Below, piece by piece: positions 56,420 through 64,000 of a DNA stretch of 64,000 bases. A program made the position numbers and the translations under genes. Below the pieces are notes generated by a model that worked only from the letters and a program-made list of their open reading frames with translations, was not told the origin of the DNA and searched no databases. This stretch comes from Marsupella aquatica (lineage: Eukaryota; Plantae; Marchantiophyta). The DNA lies in contig OZ316894.1 in the NCBI GenBank assembly GCA_973895155.1, positions 24,426,709-24,490,708 on the forward strand, written 5' to 3'. Every line of letters starts with the position of its first letter. Positions within the stretch are counted from its first letter, which is position 1.

Positions 56420-57210
56420 GAGAATGTCGATCATGATTTCGGCCACATCAGCAGGAGTCTCGGGGCCGAGCGGATCTCGACATCGCTGAATTTGGATTTC
56501 TTTCCTGTGCCTTCGTTTTGGTACTCGGGTCGGCGAGAGTAGGTCCGGTACTCTTCTGAAAGTGAGGATGAATGGTAGCGAGCTCGTCTCTCCCGTGATT
56601 GATTGCAATTTGAGAATGTCGATCATGATTTGGGCCAAATCAGCAGGAGTCTCGGGGCCGTGCGGATTTGGACACCGCTGAATTTGGATTCCTTCCTGTG
56701 CCTTCGTTTTGGTACTCTGGTCTGCAAGAGTAGGTACGGTACTCTTCTGAAAGTGAGGATGAATGGTAGCGAGCTCGTTTCTCCGCTCCTGTGATTGATT
56801 GCGATTGAGTATGTAGATGGTGATTTCGGCCAAATCAGCAGGAGTCTCGGGGCCGGGCGGATTTCGACATCGCTGAATTTGGATTTCCTTCCTACCGCGT
56901 CGGCTTTGTGCCTTCGTTGTTACTCTGGTCGGCGAGAGTAGGTACGGTACTCTTCTGAAAGTGAGGATGAATGGTAGCGAGCTCGTTTCTCCGCTCCCGT
57001 GATTGATTGCGATTGAGAATGTAGATGGTGATTTCGGCCAAATCAGCAGGAGTCTCGGGGCCGGGCGGATTTCGACATCGCTGAATTTGGAGTTCCTTCA
57101 TACCGCTTTGGCTTTGTGCCTTCGTTTTGTTAGTAGAGTAGCTACGATACTCTTCTGACGGTGAGGGATAGCCAGCTCGTCCCTCTGTTCCCGTGGTTGA
57201 TTGCAATTGA
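56420..57210. repeat. ~195-210-bp tandem repeat x ~4
   Basis: atgatttcggccaaatcagcaggagtctcggggccg...cgctgaatttgga...gtgccttcgttt...actcttctgaaagtgaggatgaatggtagcgagctcgt recurs near 56430, 56625, 56820 and 57030. Confidence 0.9.
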
Positions 57211-59653
57211 GACTGCTGCAGAGTCCCGTAGGTCGTCCAGTGTGGAGTTCGGCCAGATGATGTAATTCGATGTGATTCAATTCGAAGGGAATCTGCAAGT
57301 TGACGGCATGTGACGAGGATTCTGACTAGATCGTCGTAGAGTGCAAATTGTGGCGCGGAGGAACAATTGCTGTGGACTTTCGTGACCGGAATTTGAAGCC
57401 ATTGAAGCCACGAGCTGTGAGGGTGATGGCAATCGATCCAATTTGCAAATTAGGCCTATTTTAGGATTTTCAGTTTGCTCACTCCTCTCGCGCCCTTCGA
57501 CGCCCTTCTAATAACTCCACGCGAGATCCATGATTGCTGCTTAGCTGCCTTCTGTTCCTGTTCTTCTCGCTGTGCTATAGGTACTGTCCATACAGTATTT
57601 GGTATTCCTTCACTTGTTGCGCAGGTTCTATTGGCGATTAAATGCGTCACTGCTCGAGGGAGCGCCTTTGCTCCCGGGTGTATCTCCAATTTCCCCCCCC
57701 CCCCCCCCCCCCCCGCCACCTGCCGTTGATAGTAATTTTTGAAGCCTGATGTTTTTGCGAGTCAGGTGAAACATGCGTTGAAATTGGACGATGTAATGGA
57801 CTTTGAACAAGTTGAGTAGTCTAAGTAATTCTGTTCCTTCTCCGTCTGGTGACAGCGAGGCGTTGATTGGCAAGCGACGAAGATTTATGGACACTCTCAT
57901 TGATTGGAGTTTGAAAGAGATTCACGGCGAATCTCATTGTTAGAACCTGAGAGATTACCAATATTTCCAAAGTTGGAAACAGTGAGATGGGACGGCTGTA
58001 GGCCCGCAAGTCTTCGCGAAGCAATTCTCCAACATCCTGAAAGCCCGATTCTGCAAACTCAGTCAGCCTCTTTTCACACGCGTCACTACTTCATGTTAAC
58101 CTCCATTCCTGTTCTGAGCATGCCATCTTTCATAACGCAACTGAATTAGCGAGGCTACAGTGATCGGTGATATCTGCAATTTGATTGTTTTTGGAATTCT
58201 ATTTCGTTACACGAATGCACCTCAGGACCTGCCTCCGCGCTGCCATTGCTACCTTGAGGACCGATTTTTAGTTGACCTTGGTACCGCTAATGACTCTGCG
58301 ATTTAGGTTACGTAATATTCTAGAGCTCGGGCACTATGTTTTTGGTCTCGAGCTGGTTACCGAGCTACCGCTACAGCATCTTCACAGAGGATGGAATCTG
58401 CAAGCCACCAAGCTCGTACATCCCGTTTCCTGAATTTATCAATACAATTGCATGGCGATTCAAAACAAGGTTCAGCCTTATTTCTCCCCTCTAGAGATGG
58501 TTTCATACTTTCCACTTATCATCTCTTGTTCTTATCTTTGCCAAGTCATTTCTTAGAAAGATCGTTTTAAGATGGGAGCTTGATTTGCCTAAAGCCTTCT
58601 GGCCCTTTTCCCGTAGACACTGTCTGGAAATGTTTTTTGTAGTTTTAGCAATGCCGCAAAGCAATAGAATTATGGTTTGATTGAACTTAGCATATTTCAT
58701 CTGAGTGGTCTCCTCAGCCTTACCCTGAGTCATGGTTTAGTCCAATACCCTGTAGCTCACTTCTTGGCAAGGCGTAGGATACAGACCATCGTCCTTGAAT
58801 TTGAGGTCCGGATATCCAGCATTAGAGGCAAATTCGTAAGGGAAAGCTTCAAGCGGGAAGTCTTTTGCCAATGCTTCTGTTGGATAATGTTAGAAGGTGC
58901 TGAAAAATGAAAGTGTCTTGAGGATTCTGCGTGCTCGATCATTTTTATGCATAGCAAATTATGCTTAATGCGCTTCTAGTAGAAATGGGTTCTGTGTACC
59001 ATTATAAATTGTTGGTCCCAAAACATTGCCGTTTTATATGTCCGTGGACATTAAATTTAATCATTCATTATAAGAGCTTTTCTTGTCGTTGTCTCCTTGT
59101 GACTGTATCATGTATCTCCATTTTCGTTGTTTGTTCCCTAAGAACGGAACTCTTGTTGGATTGGACAGTCGTATCTCAATTTTTGGATGTTTTTGGCGTC
59201 CTGCCCTTCTATTGTAGCCAACAGGGAGAGGTCAATCTTTAGTTTGTTGTCAATAGTGTGTCGTTCTAGTATTGGCATGCATCCTTTCGCCTGTTTGGCC
59301 TCATTGACATCCAACTTCGTGTATAGTCGGGTCTCTGGGGCCCTTTGCGGCCATATCAGCCTGCACGGACTGCAAGAGTTTCCTCACTCTTGCATTCCCT
59401 GCCCTACAGTAATAGTCATTAGCACCACACATGTTCTCTTTTCAACCAATGTTTTGACCTGAATCTTATTAACTTGTTACCTTGCAGACGGAGTTGGGTA
59501 GTCCTTTGTTCGACCTTCACCGCCTAGTCGTACTTGAAGGTTGCCTCCTTGTGTTTGCGGTTTGAAGGGGTGATGGTGAGACAATATCTCTGTAAACTTG
59601 CGTTGGAGAGCGACACAGAAGATTGAGGGTGGGTTTTGAGAACTGTTGCAACA

Positions 59654-62600
59654 ATGGCAAGTACCGGGGAGCACATGGACACCACATCTCCAGTGGATGA
59701 GACGTTCCAGAACGGGAACTGCCAGGAGATCGTCGTGGACGAATTTGAAGTGCAAGCATCAGAATTTGCGAACCTGAGTTATCAACGAGGTTTTGGAAAT
59801 CATTTTAGCAGTGAGGCGCTGAAGGGAGCATTGCCTCAGCGACAGAACAGTCCGCTCAAGTGTCCTTACGGACTTTATGCCGAGCAACTCTCTGGGACTG
59901 CGTTCACAGTTCCTCGAAAACAGAATCAGAAAAGGTGTGCGATCTACAACTGTTGTAATTGTCTAGAGTGCGGGGCAGGTGTGTTCGTCGAAGAAATTCA
60001 CTTCCCGTTCAAACTCTCAAATATCTATTTTGTAGACTTCTACACTTCTAACATCATTTGATTCGTGAGCGATCACCGTTGAAGGAGAAATACGATTCAA
60101 TCTGTTTCGCAGATTTTGTGTGCCACACGGTTCATCCGTGTCTTATGAGTAGGGCCTACCAACCTTTACAAAATGGTCTGATTACTGGATGCATTTGTCA
60201 GTTGGCTGTATCGCATCAAGCCTTCGGTAACTCACGAGCCTTTCGTTCCTCGCAAACACCAGCACGAGCTCCTTGCAAGTGATTTCACTGAGTCCTCGAG
60301 GACTGCAGTAACTCCCACTCAGCTACGCTGGAAACCCGAAGACATTTCGGAAGATGTGAAGACCGATTTCTTAGATGGATTGTATACCATCTGCGGAGCT
60401 GGAAGTCCTTTCCTTCGACATGGTTACGCCGTGCACATGTAAGAGGTCCTTTCCATTACTTTTGTAGTCACTTTTCTTTCCTGGAAGCAGCAACTTCGAT
60501 TCAGCTCGAAATGGCAGTTCTATGATTGATTGACCGTTTGTCGTAGGATCGAGCTGATAAACTCTTTCCTCGTTAAATTGTTCACACAGGTACGGAGCCA
60601 ATTCATCCATGAAGAACTCTGCGTTTGCAAACGCAGACGGTGACTTCCTAATTGTACCCCAACAAGGACGTAAGTAGCTCGAGTCCTCGCGTTGACACGT
60701 CTGCCAATGTTTAGATCACAATGCACGCAATAGAAGATGAGGCTATTCTCTGGGCCAAGTGAACTCAGAAGTAGTGCTTCTGCTTTTTATCCGCGAACCT
60801 ATCGATTGTGTGGGCCCAGACATTTGTTGCTTGTCTCTGCTTCCGTTGTTCGGGATTGATCTTTCAGCGATTCTCAAACTCACAATTCGTTTGTCGACAC
60901 TACCGAACCGACGTGTTCTGCCCTCCAGGATTGTGGATCACAACCGAGTGCGGAAGACTGCAAGTATCACCCGGAGAAGTAGTCGTCTTGCCACATGGCC
61001 ACCGGTTTTCCATTGCTTTACCTGATGGACCGTCGCGGGGTTATATCGTTGAAGTCTACAGTGGACATTTCCAGCTTCCAGACCTGGGGCCAATTGGTGA
61101 GTTTGTCGAAGAGTTCAGAACTTGGTACATGATGTTTTTGGTCAAGATTCCGTGGTACAAATTGTTGCTATTCAAGGCATATGTAGAGCATCAAGAAGTG
61201 CAACAATTAATAGTGGTGGTAGTGAAGAAAGTTCTTAAGCTTTTGGAAACAGAGATTTACACCGCATTTTGCTAGGTCAATTGAACGTCTTATTGCTCTG
61301 ATTTGATTGAAGCTGTTTTACGAACGGCGATATTGCATGTTGTGTGTGTCAGGTGCGAATGGTTTAGCAGATCCAAGAGACTTCTTGACGCCAGTGGCGT
61401 GGTATGAAGAGAAGACCATTCCCAATTATACCATCATTCACAAGTTTGGAGGACAGCTTTTTGAGAGTAAACAGGATTTCTCTCCTTTCAACGTGGTAGC
61501 CTGGCAAGGGAATTACGTTCCCTACAAGGTGGGTTGTGGGATTCGTTCCCTATTCATTCGCGTTCATTTTCGAAGGACTGTTCTTCTCAAAGGCCACCTT
61601 CTCTTATATCCCTCGTCATGAAATACTGTTGCTTGAATTGGACGATTCAATTGGTCGTTTGCTTCCTCCACTTGGTTTTGACTTGACAAAGTATGGCCTC
61701 TGTTTGCTAACTGAAAGCTCTCGTGTTTACTGGGAACCGCAGTACAACTTACAACAGTTTTGCCCTTACAACACTGTGTTGTTTGATCATGCTGATCCTT
61801 CCATCAACACAGGTAGCTTGCTGGCCCAGCAGATGATCATGGATAGCTTAAATCAACTTATTTTGCGCGTGCTCCCAGTTACTTATTCCTTCTTCTGCAT
61901 TTCAAGTTAACTGGTCTATTTGTCACATTATGCTCAGAGCAGATTTGTTCTTAACTGGTCTTTTCAAGTCACATATGCTGAGAGCAGATATGTTGTTTTC
62001 TTTCAGTTTTAACTGTACCATCCGAGAGACCAGGGGTGGCTGTGGTGGATCTTGTCGTCTTTCCACCTCGTTGGTTGGTGGCGGAGCACACATTTAGGCC
62101 GCCGTACTTCCACCGTAATTGCATGAGCGAGTTCATGGGCCTCATCTGTGGGTCTTATGAGGTACGGTAGTTCCACGCGGCAGAATGCACGGATTGTTCA
62201 GTCGTAATCAGGATGAGCTTCCTAGTTCACAGCGTCTACCCTGCAATCGAGTTTGATGTGATTTTTGAGCTGCCGGGGTTGTAAGTGATCTTTGTGAGAT
62301 CGCCCAAGATCTAGTGAAAAGCGTTTGGAATGTGATGCCGCTGGAGAGGCACTGTACATTGGGTGTGATACAGGGGGAGAGGTCATTCTTAGTGCCATTT
62401 CTGGCAGTGATTTGATCTGTTTGACTCCTGAACCGTTGCTTTTATTGCAGGGAAAGGCTGATGGATTTCTTCCTGGAGGTGCGAGCTTACACAACTGCAT
62501 GTCTCCACATGGCGTGGACACGCCCACTTATGAGGTAATAAGACTTTTTGTACTGCAACAGAGATTTGAGGGTTCTAGACCTTTTCTTTGGCTTACTTGG

Positions 62601-62931
62601 CCCAGGAGACAAAGGAAGATATGGACCTGCAAAGCCCGCAGGGCAGGGAAAGTACATTGTTTGGTAGCTACTTTCCATGGCTTTTACTATCCAGCTCGAA
62701 TTGCTCTGACAGTCACTTGGGTGCGTCCTGGAACAGAGAGCAATTTCAGCGGATTCAAAGCCAGCCAAGATTGGTGATGACACGCTTGCTTTTATGTTCG
62801 AGTCTTGTTTGATACCTCGGGTCACAAGCTGGGCATTAAACTCTCCTAAGCGTGATCTAGACTACTACAAAGGCTGGATCGGGCTTCGTTCACATTTTGA
62901 CCCGACCGATGTACCCGCTGATTATGTTTAG
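59654..62931 (+). CDS. HGO: Homogentisate 1,2-dioxygenase; exons approx. 59654-59934, 60202-60438, 60590-60668, 60929-61096, 61353-61528, 61743-61812, 62006-62161, 62451-62534, 62737-62931
   Basis: [105 protein letters not shown] and LAFMFES. GT-AG junctions. Confidence 0.95.
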
Positions 62932-63699
62932 ATCAATTCGGAGGGCTCTTTACAGATGCTACGTCACGCATGTACAGTAGGTAGGAAGGACTGAGCACTT
63001 GAGAGCAAGTGACCGTACCGAGGCATTAGGTGAAATGGAACTCAAGAGAGTGGCTTCCTGGCTGCTACCCCAATGGGAATTCGCACATGGAAAGGCTTTC
63101 TGTTACTTTCGACGTTGCCCGACAACCAACTTGGAAGTTCGCCCGTGGAGAGGCTTTCTGTTATTTTCGAGCTCGAAAACGTGTCACCTGAAGAGAGCTC
63201 ATTGGTGGTTGCCAGATTCCTTCGTAACCAATAATGGAACAGATGGGGTACAAGAGACAAGTCCACAAAGGAGCAAACTCGAGGGGGGGCCAAATCACAG
63301 CAACAGTGGGAGACTTTGTTTGCCATTAAAAGCAGGCCGGGCTGGGACCTGATGAGATACAGCGATTTAATCCAATCAAGCAAGCTGGTCAATATTTTCC
63401 GTGCCAAAATGAAAAACAAGCTGTTCAATTTCTGGAGTAGGAGAGTACGTCTCTATGCAATCAGGTCTCCAAGACCTCGTTTCGATGAGATACCTTGACG
63501 CAATCTAACCTTACAAGCAGTTCACTTACTTTAGTTGGAGAGCACGAATGCATGCAAGTGAACCAGTTCTCTTAAATCGGAATGCACTAATAGACAAGTG
63601 GGCTTCTAGTAGTGCAGGTCTGCCTCCTCTTGTTCTACAGTCCCGTAATTCTATGAGACATAATCATAGTCTAAGGTGGTGTAGGTGGTAGCCATCACG

Positions 63700-63890
63700 A
63701 ATTTACCACTCTCTGTAGATAAGATGGCGAAATGGCACTATTTACCATTCTCTGTAGATAAGATGGCGAAATGGCACTGTCCCTACCAAAGTTCTTCGCC
63801 ATCCGTCTGGATGCTGCTGTATACCAGAGGATCATTGGTCGGTGCTCCGGGCACCACTAATTTGCCGTTGTCCGTAGACAAGATGGCCCT
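63700..63890. repeat. Short repeated block (tgtagataagatggcgaaatggcact-like) x2-3
   Basis: Copies near 63712 and 63750, with a degenerate copy near 63870. Confidence 0.7.
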
Positions 63891-64000
63891 GTCCATGCCA
63901 AAGTCCTTCATGCTGCATGTAAGAAGATCTTCTGGCCGGATGGCCTGTGCCTGGTAGGCTGGGTTGCTGGAATCGGTTTATGCACTCGAGTGCTCTAGCT

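Noticed and set aside
57693-57714. 22-nt poly-C run giving Pro/Gly-rich ORFs
   Set aside because: It is a simple homopolymer, and the overlapping ORFs have no coding signature.

Overview
This is eukaryotic plant nuclear DNA. A non-seed land plant is my inference from the gene set and divergence; the species cannot be determined from sequence alone. Five host genes are present: 4-coumarate:CoA ligase (+, 6 exons), an intronless plastid-type adenylate kinase (+), an intronless OZI1/DUF1138 small mitochondrial protein (+), cytosolic prolyl-tRNA synthetase (-, ~13 exons) and homogentisate 1,2-dioxygenase (+, 9 exons). Between them lie two full-length Tnt1/Tork-like Ty1/copia elements with paired LTRs and 5-bp TSDs, Helitron-like non-autonomous elements, a foldback-like inverted repeat and many tandem repeats. 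The standout feature is a decayed Ty3/gypsy retrotransposon (~29.9-38.2 kb). Its polyprotein carries a complete DNMT3-like C5-cytosine methyltransferase domain between protease and reverse transcriptase, and a PHD finger at the integrase C-terminus. Secondary highlights are an in-frame TGA between gag and pol conserved in both copia copies (candidate readthrough or splice control) and an AC-element array in the copia U3 about 3 kb upstream of 4CL. All family assignments rest on motif recognition by eye; no database searches were run.
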